NCBI GenBank assembly: GCA_015680685.1
Contig: MNCI01000461.1
Location: forward strand, 214,607-278,606
Reading direction: 5' to 3'
DNA from: Gnetum montanum
Lineage: Eukaryota > Plantae > Gnetophyta
Length of the DNA: 64,000 nt
The notes under the pieces were generated by a model. It was not told where the DNA came from, ran no database searches, and worked only from the letters and a program-made list of their open reading frames with translations. Within the stretch, counting starts at the first letter, position 1; each line of letters opens with the position of its first letter. Of the stretch, positions 11,874-26,349 are shown one piece after another. A program made the position numbers and the translations under genes.

Positions 11874-13090
11874 ATTTTCTTAGCTTCATTAGATAGACAC
11901 TACTAAAAATAAAACTATTTGGAACATGTGATGATAAGTGGGTTAAAGGGGGACATTGAAAATGGTTTCCAACATGTCTATACATGATTTTAATATCTTC
12001 ATCATGAATGTGCTACATTCAAACAAAGTGGTGAAAAATAATCAAAAAATTATCAACATAACAAAATATTATGGAATAAAATTTACAAGTGAGCATGATA
12101 TACTATTTTTGGAATTCCATGTAGTAGATTATACCATTATCTATAGAATTTTAGGGAAGGTTAGGTCTCTTATGATCATGGAAATAATAAAAAAAGTAAA
12201 GCCTAGTTCAAGTAAATTTGCTATAATAGCTATTTTGAAAAGGTTTATTGATGAGATGAAAAATCATTCTCCTTCTAAGATAAGGCATGTTATGCAGGAT
12301 GGGATGTTGGACCTAGTCAATACATTACTTGTTACAATGTATCAAAGAATTCTACTAAAGAATTATAATAATCTTGGCTTGAAAGGTTTGGGATTATTTG
12401 AAATTAGTAAAAGTTAGCTTTCAAAGATATTCAAAAAGCACTATCCTAACATCATCTTCAATAGGAAACATAACTTCTTAGTATGTAGAACATATCATAC
12501 ATTTGATAAGACTAAAAAATGTACCAACAATCTAGTAGAGAATAAAAAGATTTACAAGGAATTATAATGTCATTATAACTATGTCATCATCTTCCATCAT
12601 ACATATTATATACATAAAGATCTTGTAAGAAGATAAAGTCTTATTTGAGCATAATTTATGATAAATCAGATAAGTCAAAAACCTAACTACTAAAGTTACT
12701 ATTCCTTTTTAAAGGTGTTTCTTTAAGAATATTGGTGAGAATCATAGAATAGAAGGATTTAAGCATTTCTCCCCATTCTATATGCCAATGAGGTCTAATT
12801 TTATAATAAAATTTTAGCAAAATGTCTCAAGAATTTGAAAAGAAAACCTATTAGAAAATTTGGGAATCTAGTTACTAATGCAAACTCCAATGTGAAAAAT
12901 GGTTTTACAATATTACTTCTAAATAATGTATTGTTAAAGAAATTTGAGTTGTATTGATTGGAAGAATATCAAAATGAGGCTTGTTAAGATAACTTTATAA
13001 AACTACATAGCATACTTTTCTTAGTGATAAGTAACTATGAAATAGTTAACAAGAACAAATATATTTTCCTTTTCTTATTCTTAGTAATAG
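11874..13090 (+). pseudogene. DDE transposase pseudogene, middle part (Sola-like / DUF7869-type), host of gypsy A
   Basis: ORF 11956-12417 is followed by KHNFLVCRTY (CxxC remnant), YLSIIYDKSDKSKT (similar to IIHDKMDxSKT) and LVISNYEIVNKNKYIFLFL (similar to LQLDNCxxENKN). It continues in frame at 36277. The region 4790-5357 may be its 5' part. Confidence 0.65.
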
Positions 13091-13945
13091 TGATAAAACC
13101 TTTAATAGTATTGACTATGATATCATAGATGTGATATTGTAGCTTAATATATGATGTCATAGATATGATGTAGCAAGTCATAATCATGCCTATAAATATG
13201 ATCCCATCATCATATCAATGGATACATTTTTTACCAACTCTTAGAGAAGTTCCTATAGTTTTTTTCTTTAAGTTAGAGTTAGTTGTGAATTCCTATAGAG
13301 TGGTAAATTATAGTTTTATGACATCTTTATTTAAGTGGATTATTCCTAGACATAGTTCATGAATAATAACAAAGATCAATATTATTCTTCATTATTGTAG
13401 CATTACACATAAAATAGATTTTCTTTTCAATATCATTTACTTTTACTTTGTTATTTATATTTCTTAAGTCATTTGCTATTACCATGTTTATTAGTATGAA
13501 TAGAATAAGTCTGGTTTTGACTATAAGGTGTAATTTTTTGCTAACCTAGTGATAACTTTACTTAGTGGTAAAGTTACCGAGTAATTCTAATAATAATTAC
13601 ATCATCCTAGGACATGTATGAAAAGTCAAAACTAGATACTTATCACTGATATGCTAGAATAGTTTTATATTTTTAGTGTTTGCTATTAATAGAATTCATA
13701 TTCACATTCACTATATTTATCATTAACATACTTGAAGCCAAAAAAACATCATCTAATCATATGTCTCCCTATGAATCAAACCATACACTTTGCACTTTAC
13801 TAACTCCAAGTGAGAATATAACAATCATAAAGTTATTATCAACTCACTAGTACACTTACACTATTCATTTATAGACTATGATCTGGTTACACATGAACAC
13901 TTATGACTTGTATGATTAAGTGTTGGAACTTTCTACTACCTATCA
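13091..13945 (+). repeat. 5' LTR of gypsy A
   Basis: TGATAAAACC start, TATAAAT at ~13191, ends TATCA before the PBS, and is collinear with 35450-36276. Confidence 0.82.
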
Positions 13946-13946
13946 T

Positions 13947-13964
13947 TGGCACTATTCCCAGGAA
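13947..13964 (+). promoter_or_regulatory. Primer-binding site, tRNA-Asp (Athila) type
   Basis: TGGCACTATTCCCAGGAA is a largely deaminated form of TGGCGCCGTTGCCGGGGA. Confidence 0.75.
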
Positions 13965-14499
13965 TGTATCAATGTTTGTTAGTTGATTTTAACATAGTTT
14001 TCTATATGAAGTATTGCCAAATTTATCTCTCATACTTAGAATAATTTCAAAACACACACTTGAGCATTAATAGATTTAAAAATGACTTCTACAAAAACTG
14101 AAATCTTAACCTACTATCGACCTTAATGAAAGTAATGCTAGAAATTATAATGAAAAAATTAGAATGGACCAATGTAAACTAGAATACTATATGTTCATGT
14201 TGATTCTTATTATCCTAATTATAAATTCATTTTCTAGGAGGATGAATAGTTTATATGGAAAGATGTACAAGGCAACATTATCTTGACACCCGATCATTCA
14301 ACATCATTAATGCTTCAAGAATATTTGTTTAGATAAAGTCTTGGTCATGCATAAGAAGGGTATCAAGTTACCAAAAACATGATAAGGATATATAAACCAA
14401 TAGAAGCTCAAGAAAGAAGAAATGATATTTCAATGGTAAGATATGAATAAGAGAAAGAAAAAAAAAGGCACCACAAATAATTATCCTTATTGAGAAGGA

Positions 14500-17400
14500 A
14501 TGCATGCTATACAAAGCTAAGAAGTGTCATCATTATAGATATTACTCTCAATCATCTATTTTATGCATTGAAGATCCTTTGAAGTTAAAATGACATACAA
14601 CTCTTGCAAAAACTCCTAGAAAGGATGAGCTAGACTCTAGAGTTAGAATAAATTTAAGGTCTATGACCTCCAACAAATCTAGAATAGATAATTCAAGAAG
14701 TCATAAAAGGAGAACTAGCCAACACCATTCTCTGAGTCTCTCATCCTCTTCATCATACACATTAATCAACTCTGATAAGAGAGGACAAATTCCAAGGGAT
14801 CATGATATGGAGGAGAGAAGGAATCATGAAAAATACATTAACAAAATAAGGCATCTTGATGAGGAAGAAAATATTAAGGAAGATAAAGAAAGAGAAATAA
14901 GACATGATAGAAGATAATGTCATAAGCATCAAAGGGCTCACCATTACCATAGAAATTATAAACTCAAATACTATGAAGAAACCCTATTAGCCACTTAAAT
15001 CATGATTAACATCAGAGAAGTAGTGTGTATATCAATGAAAAATCTAAGGAATAGTTGCATCAAGTAAATTGATATGAATGATATTCTAAAGTTTGAAGGA
15101 GAATATAATGCAAATCCAAAACATTATTTTCAAACATTTCATAATGCCTATACCTTACAAAATATATTAAAAAATTGACGAAAATTAGAGTTATTTCCTA
15201 GAATACTCACAAAGGAAGCATAAAGATGGTATAACACCTTAGAACCAAAATCTATTAGAAGATGGAGTACTATGCTAAAGCTCTTCAATGATAAGTATAA
15301 AACCTACTCAATAGTGTCAAATTTCAAAAATTAAATCCAAGGATGGAAACAAGAACTACATGAAACCCTTAATACAATAATGAATAGATATTATTCATTA
15401 TCACATAGATGTCCAACTCATGAATTTTTTCAAAAGGAATAGCTATGACATATTATGGATGGATTAAAAATAAAATAAGAGATATCCTTTGAGTGTATAC
15501 CTAAGGAAGATTGTTGAAAATGATAGTCCATCAAATCCAATGATTCCTTAACAAAGTAGGAAAAGAAGAAGGAGATCTATGTAAAAGAAAATCTGTTAAA
15601 GAGTATAATAAAGATCATGATCTTAAGAAAAGAGATGTGAGAATCTATGAGACACAAGAAGAAAAAACCATGGAATATGTCATTCAATGAAAAACTCTAT
15701 CTATCCAGAAGTTAGCAAATGATATTATAGCAAAGGTAGATAAAATATGGAACTCTATGAATGAAAAATTTACAATAGCACTAAAGATAATGGAAGAGAA
15801 AATTGAACAAGCACTTATAAAAAAAAGAATAAGAAGAAGAAGAGGGATAATGGATGTAAAAATTATAGAAATAAAGGTAATTTATTAGAGTGGAATTTAT
15901 GTAATCAAGTTTAGAAGAGAAAATGGATGTAATGTGTATCAATATGAACATCCTAAGGGATGTTGCCTTATTATGGCTCATTTACAAGAGTCTAAGACAT
16001 ATATACTTAATCCAAAATTTGTCAAAAATAAAATGCCTAGAAGATTACCTTATCCACAAGGTAATTACAAATAGCCCTGAACAATTGTATTATCTAATCA
16101 AGGCTTATCCTCAATCATAATAGAAATACTAGAAGTAGTGGAAACAACCATAGTCATATGTCATGTTACCATTAATGCAACAATATCTATACCAATAATT
16201 AGATCCTTATAGATATTGTGTCCAGCATCCTATATCTCTAGGTAATATTCCTATTCATGCTTATTTCTATTACTATCTAGTTGAATACCATAGGCCTATG
16301 ATCCCATGCATGGAATCACAACTCTACATGTCTCAACTAGCTATAGGTCACTTTCATCATGCTTCCAATCCTCTACCACTAGTACCATCATTAGTAATGC
16401 AAGGAGAGGTGCCAACACAACCACAATAGAAAAGTGCTACTAAGGTAGTAAGTAAAAAAGAGGAAATTATAAGCAATAGTAAACAAAGAACAAGAAAATA
16501 TTCTTTTTTTAGGAAAAATTCAAAGAAGTTTTGAGAAATAGGAATCTTGTCTAATCCTACTCCTTTGATATCAAGTCCTCAAATAAAAACCATGCTATAG
16601 ATATCAATAGAAAAGAAGCTAAGAACTATCATGTTTACCCAAACTATAACACATTGGATAAAATTAGGGGTACTTTCTAAGAAATGAATAGATTCCAGAA
16701 ACCATTTAATTTATCTCTAAATAGATGAAAACAAGCCATGAAAGGATCTATTAGATTTAGGATCGAAGGTGAATCTTATTTCTTAGGATACATACAAGGC
16801 TTATAATTTACCTTCATTAAAGAAATGTAATATTCATTTAAAGTTGACTAATTAGCCTATTATTATTCCACTTGAATAAGTGGAAGATCTTGTAACTACC
16901 ATAAGTGGCTAGTCTTATCCTACAAACTTTTTTATCATTCATGTGGGGAAAAATAAAGGAAAATTTTGTATTATTATGGGAAAAGCATGGCTTAGCATTG
17001 TGGATGATAATCTTGATATTAGAGATTTTTCCTTAGAAATATCCAAGGAAGACAAGGTTGGAGCCATTTTAGGATGAAGAGTTCCAGGTATCACATAAAG
17101 TGATAAGAAGTGTAATTATGTTTAGAAAGTTTAGACCACAAGGGAGAATAACATTCCATCATGACAAAGATGTGTTGAAGAGATGTATCTACAACATTAT
17201 TTGTATGTAGTAGCTATGGAGCAAGAAGGCATCTAGTGTCTAATAAATGATACATAATCTGAATCAAGTGTATGCATGGAACTAGTTGAAAACATCACAA
17301 GTTCCTATATAGAAGAAACTATGAAGGTAAAAATATGAAAATAAAACTTTCCTACAATATGTACCAACAATAAGAAGATACTAAATTGGGAGAATTAGAG

Positions 17401-19860
17401 ATTCTAGATAAGTATGATTAAAACCTTTAGAAATGAAAGCCCTAATAGGTATGCTTGAATATGCTTTCTTGAATAATGAAAAATGGTTATTATAAATGTC
17501 AATATTAATAAAGAATAAAAGCAAAGGTTACTAGAAGTGATAAATAGATGGCTAACTGCATTTCCATGATTGTATGATGAAATGACTTATATAGATTCAT
17601 AAATCTATCAACACAACATTTATATAGATCTAGTTATCAAACCATGTTATTAGCCTTAATCAAGATACAACCCAAAGCTCAAAGAGGCTATCAAATAGGA
17701 ACTAGAAATACTACTAAAGAAGGCTTCATCTACTCCATTGCAGATCATAAATGGGTCAACCCATTAGTCATTACTCTAAAGAAATATGAAAACTGAAGGG
17801 TTTGTATAGATTTCAAGCTACTGAACCTAGAAACATTCAAAAACCATTTTCCTCTATCATTTTTTAATCAAGTTTTCAATAGTATTACAAGGCACTATTA
17901 TTATAGCTTTCTAGATGGATATAGTGGATAATTAGATTTGTATTACATTAAATGATTAGGAGAAGACAACATTTACTAGCTTTTGGGGAATATTTATGTA
18001 TGGAAAATGCCATTGGTTTATACAATGATCCAACAACATTCTGGATACTTGGACTTAGTATCTTTCAAAAATAGATTAGTAACATATTTGAGGTATTCAT
18101 GGATAATTTTTCTACTTATGGACTCAACTAAAAGTAAGCTTTGAATTGCTTAGTGCAAGTTAAAAAGATGTGTTTAAAGAAATTTAAAACTTAATTGATA
18201 AAAAATTCATTTAATGGTTCAAGATGAAATAGTTCTAGAATATATTACATTCATCTAGAATATTACATAAAAACCATAAGCACTCAAGAATGTTAGATCA
18301 TTTCTTGGCCACATAAGAAATTACATAAGATTTATAAAGAATTTTTTAAAGATAGAAAAACTACTTGTGGAATTAGCAAAGAACAATATACCATTTTATT
18401 AGTTAGAGAAATGTGAAAAGGAATTTGAAAATCTAAAGTAGAAGATAATTGAGACACCAACTCTTAGAGCTTCAAATTGGTCAAAATCTTTCCACATCAT
18501 GACAGATGCTTGAAACTATCCACTAGCTTCATTATACTACAAGAATTTGACATCATAATGATTGATAGAAAAAGAAATAAAAATTTTATAGTTAATCATC
18601 TATCAAGAAAAATATGGGATCCTCAAGATAATGAAAAACATTTATCAAACTAATTTTCCAATGATCCTTTATTTATGAAATTAGCAATGTTGTAGATTCA
18701 GTAGAAATAGTTTCTCCATGAAGTAAAATAATACATAGAAATCCAAGGGAATCATTATAAGATTTATGTAGATTATTTAATATGAAGATGTATCCCAGAG
18801 GAGAATTAATAAAAAGTCTTGTAGGATGCACATGATGGACCATTTAATGGTCATTATGCAAGAATAAGAACAACACTTAAACTTGTGATGGTAGGCTACT
18901 TGTAACCTACCATATTCATAGAAGCACACCAATATATACAATCTTGTGAAAGATTCCAAAAAGACGGAGGACTGATGACCAAACATGAAGGTCCACACTA
19001 ATGGATACAACCATTAGAATAATTTCATATCTAGAAAATTGATTTTATGGGGTCTATCATACTAATGTAAAATATAAAGTCTTATATAATCATGATAATT
19101 GATTATTTCACTAAGTTTGTAGAAGCAACTACAATTGAAGATTATACACCAATAATAGCTACAAAGTTCTTTCAAAAACATGTGATCAATAGATTTGAAG
19201 TATCTAGAATGCTAATTTTAAATAATGACAGCCACTTCACTAGTACTATATTTAAAAAATGAATGCAACATCTTAGAGTGAATCATAAGCTTGCTACATA
19301 ATACCATTCCCAAGTGAATAGAGAAGTTGAGGTTACTAACTAGGAAATGATACACATACTAACTAGAACTATTAGTAGGTATAAGGAGAAGTGGAGCACT
19401 AAGCTTAATGATTCTCTATGAGCATATCAATCAATCTGAAAACTTCCTAGAGGGTATTCTCCATATGAACTCATCTATGATAAACTACCAATCTTACCAA
19501 TTAAGACAAAGATAAATATCCTAGTCATAGCTTGTGCACTTGACTTAGATACATACTTTACCTAAAAAGATCAATTAATAAATGTTAATTTGTTAGATGA
19601 AAATTGATTAGTAGCCCAAATGAGTAATGAGACTCATTAGAATTACTCCAAATGTTGATATGATACTAGGATAAGATAGGTTTCTATTAGGCCTAGAGAT
19701 AGAGTCCTTTACTATAATCCAATTTCAAGCCTTATGGGAAAGACCCTACATAGTCCATGCCATGTACCAATCTAGTGCTATGTAGATCTATCACTCAGTT
19801 AACTCAAAATAATTTATCCTTATCAATATTCAACAATTTAATCCATTTTATGAGTTTTGA
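14500..19860 (+). pseudogene. gag-pol of gypsy A, heavily disrupted, with an internal RNase H deletion
   Basis: Gag KFEGEYNANPKH (~15090); protease-like LLDLGSKVNLI (~16750); RT FLDGYSG (~17910) and VFMDNFSTYG (~18095); integrase IDFMG (~19040) and YHSQVNREVEVTN (~19300). It is collinear with 54660-60430. Confidence 0.88.
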
Positions 19861-21745
19861 TCATCAAGGGATTCTACCATGCATTCTAACTAGATCACTT
19901 CCCATTTAATCTTACACATTTCTATCTTTAATAATAGTCTTGGGTTGTCATCTCTTCTCCTTAGCCACTAAAAAATATTTTCACATTCTTTCTATATTTT
20001 CCTTACTTTCTTAATATTTTTCTAAATGTTTGGTATTTTTTAATTTTTTAAGATGTTTATCATTTTTTCATTTATTTTTGAATTCTTTAACATATTTTAA
20101 TTTCTTTATACATTTTTCTATTCTTGTATATCTTTGATTATTTATACAATTTTATCATTCTTGATATACATATTTTTGTTGATTTTTCCAATAAAGTTTT
20201 AAGTAATAATTCCATCATATGTTATCAGATAATTAAAGGAATAATTGTATATATAGTAAGACCACATCATCCATCCACTCATTTCTAATAATAAGAGGTT
20301 CTTATCATGGAAATAATGATATTCTCATTACTATAAAACTGAAATAAAGTTGTGATCATTATACCTAGATGGAAAGGTAAGGAGCCTAGTGGGAATGACA
20401 AGAATGCAACATCAATGAGATTTCTAATGCAAACTAGAACCATGTTCTAAAATAAGTGTTTCCTTGCCATTTCACAAGAAAGACATGTTACCTATGCTTG
20501 AAGGTAGTTTTCTAGTAAGACTGACATAGTAGTTACATAATAAATACACATAATAATAAAAATTCCTGGGGGTTCTACTCAAAAGACATGTCACCCATGC
20601 CTAAAGGTAGACAACTTCTTAAGAATCTAAAAAGGCTTCTTAGACTTGCATTGGTTACAGGGCTAGAAAGACATGTTACCCATGCTTAAAGGTACTCTAT
20701 CCAATCGTCAAGTCTATTTCAAAATAGCCTACTTAATGAATAAATTTCTTTCTTTTTCTTCATTATCAAGTGGTGATATTTATTGTAATTTTGATCACCT
20801 TATGATTGTAAGTTTTGGGATAATACAATGCAATGTCATTGGTAAGTGGTATGGACTTCGTTTACACTTTTGAAAAATAGGATAATGATCACTTTAATCA
20901 TGCATTACACATAGAATTCATTATGCTTATTGTATGACAACTCATGTCTCATATTCTACAATCCTTACCATTACCATTCCACCTTATTGCTATATATAAT
21001 TATAATTTCAATTTTTTGTATATTATAGTATTATTTTGTTACTAGAAAAATACTAACATGTGTGTTTTGGAAAACATGTATGGTTTACATTCAACTCCTT
21101 GAGTACCCATAGACCTTTATAGGAATGGTTGTACAAGGACATTAAGGGCATGATCCTACTTTAGAAAGGATCCACTTGTATAATTATTATGTTTCATACT
21201 TGATATCCAATTCCACATAATATTATACCTCTTATATACTTTAACAATCATCATGACTTCCCTACATATCTATAATTATTCATAGACTTAGTAATTTTTT
21301 GATCAAACCACTCCCTAAACTCTAGTAAAATTACCTTGCTTAAACCCCTTCTTTAACATCATCTTAATATCAAAATAGCATATTATAGGGCTTATTTATG
21401 ACCAATATTTCTTCATATTATCTTAATACCTTCGAGTCTACTCAATTCATTAATTTTTTCCACCAAAATTTACAAAAAAATTTGAAAATTTTAAAGGTGA
21501 TATTATAGATACAATATTGCATCACTTGCAATATTGCATTAAAAATGTTGTATATATGATATTGTGCATATAAAAAACTATATATATGCATGACTGTTTG
21601 AAAATTTTTCATTTCTACCATTTCACACAAAAGAATTTCATTTCATTTTCTTTCATCATAGAACCTTCAAAGCCCCATATCTTCCTTAGCATGCATCTGA
21701 TTTGACTCATTTTAAAATTCTTTTGCTCCCAGAGTGAGCATATCA

Positions 21746-22761
21746 TGTTTACCTTTTGGTATGTCAAAAACTTAGAGAAAATGGAGAATTGAGAATGTGT
21801 GTATGATGATTGTTTTGTAGGACCATGGATAAAGACTTCACATGGAGATCCAAGACTTTAGGAATGAGATCCATGATGAGATGTCAAAATGAAGACTAAG
21901 TGGACAAGATGAGAGGATGGATAGAAATAGAGTATACAAGTCAAACAAAGATGTTCCAAAGACTTCCAAGATGTCAGATTGATAAGGGAATACTTCAGAT
22001 TCCAAAATGCAAAAAGAGTAGATGTCTATGAAAAATAGCATATGTCTATCCTACATTGGAAGTGTTCATAGATAGACATCTCATCCTTGAAGGTAGATGT
22101 CTATACTAGTCATTTGATAGCCATTGCATGAATTTTGAGGAGTTTTTGGAAACTCCAAGCATATAAATAAGGTGAATTTCTTGGGAATTGTACAAGTATT
22201 GTTATTGTTAAATCAATTTAAGGATGCTAAAAGAAAGCTTGTGATTGTCCTTCATTATACTATCATATGTTTATTTTGTATGTTGTGAGCTTCATTGCAA
22301 GGACTCTATAAATCTAGTTACACTTTTTCCTTGATCTTTTTCCTTCTTTCTTATAGCTCTATAGGGTTGATGAGCTTCTTAAGAGAAGGAATATTTGTTG
22401 AGCTTGTCAAGACCTTATGGGGTTGAGTGGTTTTGCAACAACAAAATACTCTAGTGAAGAGCTTACAATTGTAAAGGTTGTGGATCCTTTCAACCATATT
22501 TTGAGCTTGTTGGAACCTTGTAGGGTTAAGTGGTTTCGCAATGCTAAAACACTCCAAATAAGAGCTCAAATCTTATAAAGGTTGTGATTTCCTTCAAACA
22601 AATTTTTGAAAAAATAAAGTTTGGAATGTGCACAAATTCTACCCTCAAAGTGTGGGCTTTCCCAAGTTGGGAAACCATGTAAAAATTGTGTTTGTTCTTG
22701 GTGGTTGCAAGATTGTTATTATGAAACTTATTCAACCCTTCTTCAAAGTTCTTGATCCACA
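21746..22761 (+). mobile_element. Solo LTR of the Sirevirus-like copia family, inserted in gypsy A
   Basis: TGTTTACCTTTTGGTATGTCAAAA start and ...GATCCACA end, flanks TATCA/TATCT, no adjacent PBS or PPT, AGATGTCT/AGACATCT motifs present. Confidence 0.85.
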
Positions 22762-23192
22762 TATCTATCATGGGGGAGAAATTTTTTACATAACCTTTCA
22801 AATTTTATGATTTTTTTCTAATGCTTAGAAGATCAATTAAGGGTAAGTATTATAGGAACTTAATGTGATTTTAATCTGATTTAAGCTAATAAACTTAAAA
22901 TTTTTCATCAATCAACCAATCAAACATTAGTTAATAATAAATTGGGAATAGTGATAGGTCATTCAAGCTAAAAAATTATTTTTGATCACTAGAAAAATTT
23001 CTTAATTAAGGATATTTTCTAAATTAGAGATTTTTCTAAATACATTAATTTTCAAACTCTATAATCCAAATTAAAAATAAGATCAATTGTATCTAATGTT
23101 TCTAATCTAAATTTAAAATTTGATGAAAGGTTACAAATTGTTAGAAATTTCTTGAAATTTTGGGATAATCCTAAAATTTCATATCATTGTAG

Positions 23193-25276
23193 ATGCCATC
23201 AAAAAGGATAATCACTACCCAAAGAGAAGAAACCCAAAGGAAGAGGTAGATGAAAAGTGAAAATTAGACTCCTGCAAGGGAACAGAAAGCATAGTCTCAC
23301 TTCATTTAGTAGCCCACACTAGTACTGGAGTAATCTACACAAGTATACATTGATGCACCACTTGATTTGGAGTAAGGACAATGCCTCACACTCTCCAATG
23401 AGTGTTTACATGCCATCTACAAAACGTTCATCATGTCCACTATCATAGTGGAACTAAACTTTAGTCCATTAATGGAGTTTTCATGATATGTGAACTACAA
23501 GCATCACCCTTAGAGATATACGAAGTACAAGAATCATCCTTCTAACCCATCATTTCAAATAATGGTAAATGGTATTTAGAATATGTTTATCAATTCTAGA
23601 AAAATCGACAAGATGATACAATTGTGAAAATTTAAGGGATAATAGTGCCATATTCAATTGAAGCCATCACTAAAGCATTAAATCTATCAAATATTAGATC
23701 CAACATTACTCTGATCTCTACAAGGTTTGACACAAATGCTAGGAACATATGGTTGCAAAGGGCATGTAGAACAACAGAAAAAGAGTATAATGGATTTTCC
23801 ATAGCTAAAAGGATTTATTTAAAAATAGGGACATATTATATCTTCTCAACAAAGAGACTTAATAGGATATCCACATATGTTTCCAAAGGAAATACCATCC
23901 TAATGGAAACATTTTTGGCAAATATGACACTCTTGTTACCTTTAGAAATACAAAGAAGATTTGAATAAAATAAGATATAGAAACCCACTCTTCTATTCTA
24001 TTATCTTCTTAGAAATTTGTGTAGGTAGGTAGCTATTTTGAAATACACTAATGATGTTCTATGAAAATCCAAAAATGTGCCATATGTAGAAATTTCAAAG
24101 CTAGAGTTATCCAAGAACGATCAAGTGGGAAAACTAGCAGGTACTAAGGATATAGTAGAATTAACACTAGTGGCAACATTCCATCCACAAGAATAAAATA
24201 AGTAGGATCTAGTGGATCAACTCTAGCTACAAAATGGGCAAGACCAAGTGCTTCACTAGTACAATAGTTAGAATACTTACCTTCCACGAGCTATCTTGAA
24301 CAAATAACAAAAACAATAAGTTGGAAAAGTCAATAAGTATCTACCATGTGTAGAGTAAGAAATATATTTGCATACCTATAGTATCAATAGAGCCTACTAG
24401 TTTTGAAGTATCTTTACAGGTAGGAGAAAATTATGAATGGCATAACAAATTATAGGAAACACTACATCCTTCAAGTTGGTGCTAGAAATAGGAGAAGGAG
24501 TTGTGGTGATTATGCAATTCCCAGATGTAGCATAAGCAATAGAAGTAATTACTGATGATATCAAGGAATAATTTAATAATTCCATTGTGCTACCAGTAGA
24601 TTCTTTTGAAACCAAATATGTGTAAATATTAGCTAGAATATTAGAAAAAGAAATTATGTCCCCTAAAGAACATGAAGATACTCTAGATAGACTATTGTAG
24701 ATAGAACAAGTTATGTAAAATATTTTTAATATCCTAAGTGATATCATAGTAGTTTAGTCAAGCTAATTTTTGTAAAAGAAAGATTAGTCATCACTAAAAT
24801 AAGAATGAAAAATATGGAGAATAAAGCACAAAGGTTACAAGAGGAGCTAGATACATTAAGAGCTAAAAGATAGAACCCTACATAATATCTTGAACTTGAC
24901 TAGTTACTACAATTCAAAAATATTAAGTTGATCAATTGATTACTAAGGAAAAGAAATTACAAATAGAAAGGGAGAAGGTAGTGTAAAATGCTTTAGTTAT
25001 AGAGGTCTAGACATATGCTTATGCAAAATCAATTGCTACACTGGAAGAAGAAAGTAAAAGAATTGCTATAGAGAATCTAAGGTTGACATATGTATAAAGA
25101 TAAAAGAATATGATTAGGAAAAGAATTCATCAGTTGAGGGAATAGTTTTTAAGAGTCAACATAGATTTGAGACAACTGGCCTAAGAAAATAGAACCCTGT
25201 TAATGGAAGAATGCACATAGTATAGAAAAAATTAGCTATTAAAATTAGCATATGGCGAAATGAAGCCAAGAAGCAT
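23193..25276 (+). pseudogene. Accessory ('env-like') ORF of gypsy A, 5' part
   Basis: TGTAG|ATG start. ORF 23645-23968 (IEAITKALNLSNI...YLKIGTYYIF) aligns with ORF 28290-28847 of element B. The ORF is cut by the B insertion. Confidence 0.75.
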
Positions 25277-26147
25277 TAATGAGTGATGATGTACCCATAT
25301 GCTCAACCGTATGAATTACAAGTGTTCACAGACAATCCAGTTGAATTCCATGGATGGGACTAGTTGTAGCATCTAGATTGTTATGCCTTGCTTACAGTTC
25401 ACTATCTTCTTGCTTGGACTAGTGATAGCTTTGTCATGTATGATTTAGTCCAAAGTGAGGCATATGATGTGGTTCCTAATTCTATGCTATCCTACTTCTG
25501 ATGATAGAAAGAGATAAATTGATTAACTAATGAATAATGGAAAAATAATCTAAATTAGCCTAAGGTGAAGGTATCCACTCTTAATCATCCATACACATCT
25601 TGGACTTCATGGAGCTACTTCTGGGATTATCAAGTATAGGTCACTAGTTGTGCGAAACAATACACCTCTGAGCGACCAAGTATTTACACTTAAATGCTCA
25701 AGATTAAGGCGTACACATTCTGCTTAACAAAAAGAATAGTGAATAACAATAAATGAAAATGTTTAACCAAAGAAATCATTAAATAATTAAAATAACAATA
25801 TTAATCTAAGTGGATGCTGCAATGATGAAAGTAATCTCAATCTTGATTGCTAGTCATGTAACGTGTCCAAGTACATCACACTCGAACAAAGGTGTCATAC
25901 GATTACGAACATCACACTATGGGCATGCACTGGGAATAATAGACTGGAAAGAAGAAATGGAAAACTAAAAATATTTATTTCTACTTTCCAAACTCTAATC
26001 TATCTCATCTAGAAGCCCAAGTGCAAAGGTCCAGATGAGGCAACCTTAGGTATCCAACATCACTTATTAGCCCCGATGTCAGGTACATGATGTTGGGACT
26101 CCAATGTTCTGTATTTGATGTTGAGGTCCTAAATAAATGACTCATCA
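25277..26147 (-). repeat. 3' LTR of gypsy B
   Basis: Collinear with 33615-34495; ends TCATCA on the + strand. Confidence 0.92.
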
Positions 26148-26349
26148 TACCCCCATGAATGAATGAAAAATTTTCCTTGAATTAAACAAAATGAGGAACA
26201 AGTTCTTTACAAAATATTAGTAGGTATGGGATTATGGACTAACTCAACAATGGATAAAATGACTATCTCTTCACATGCCATAGTGGTGCAGGACAAAAAT
26301 GGAACACATTATTACAAAATAGAACAATAAACAAGACTTGAAAGCTCAT

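Noticed and set aside
11956-12417. 153-aa ORF as an intact host gene
   Set aside because: It is a stop-bounded piece of the decayed transposase, with no exon structure or intact continuation.
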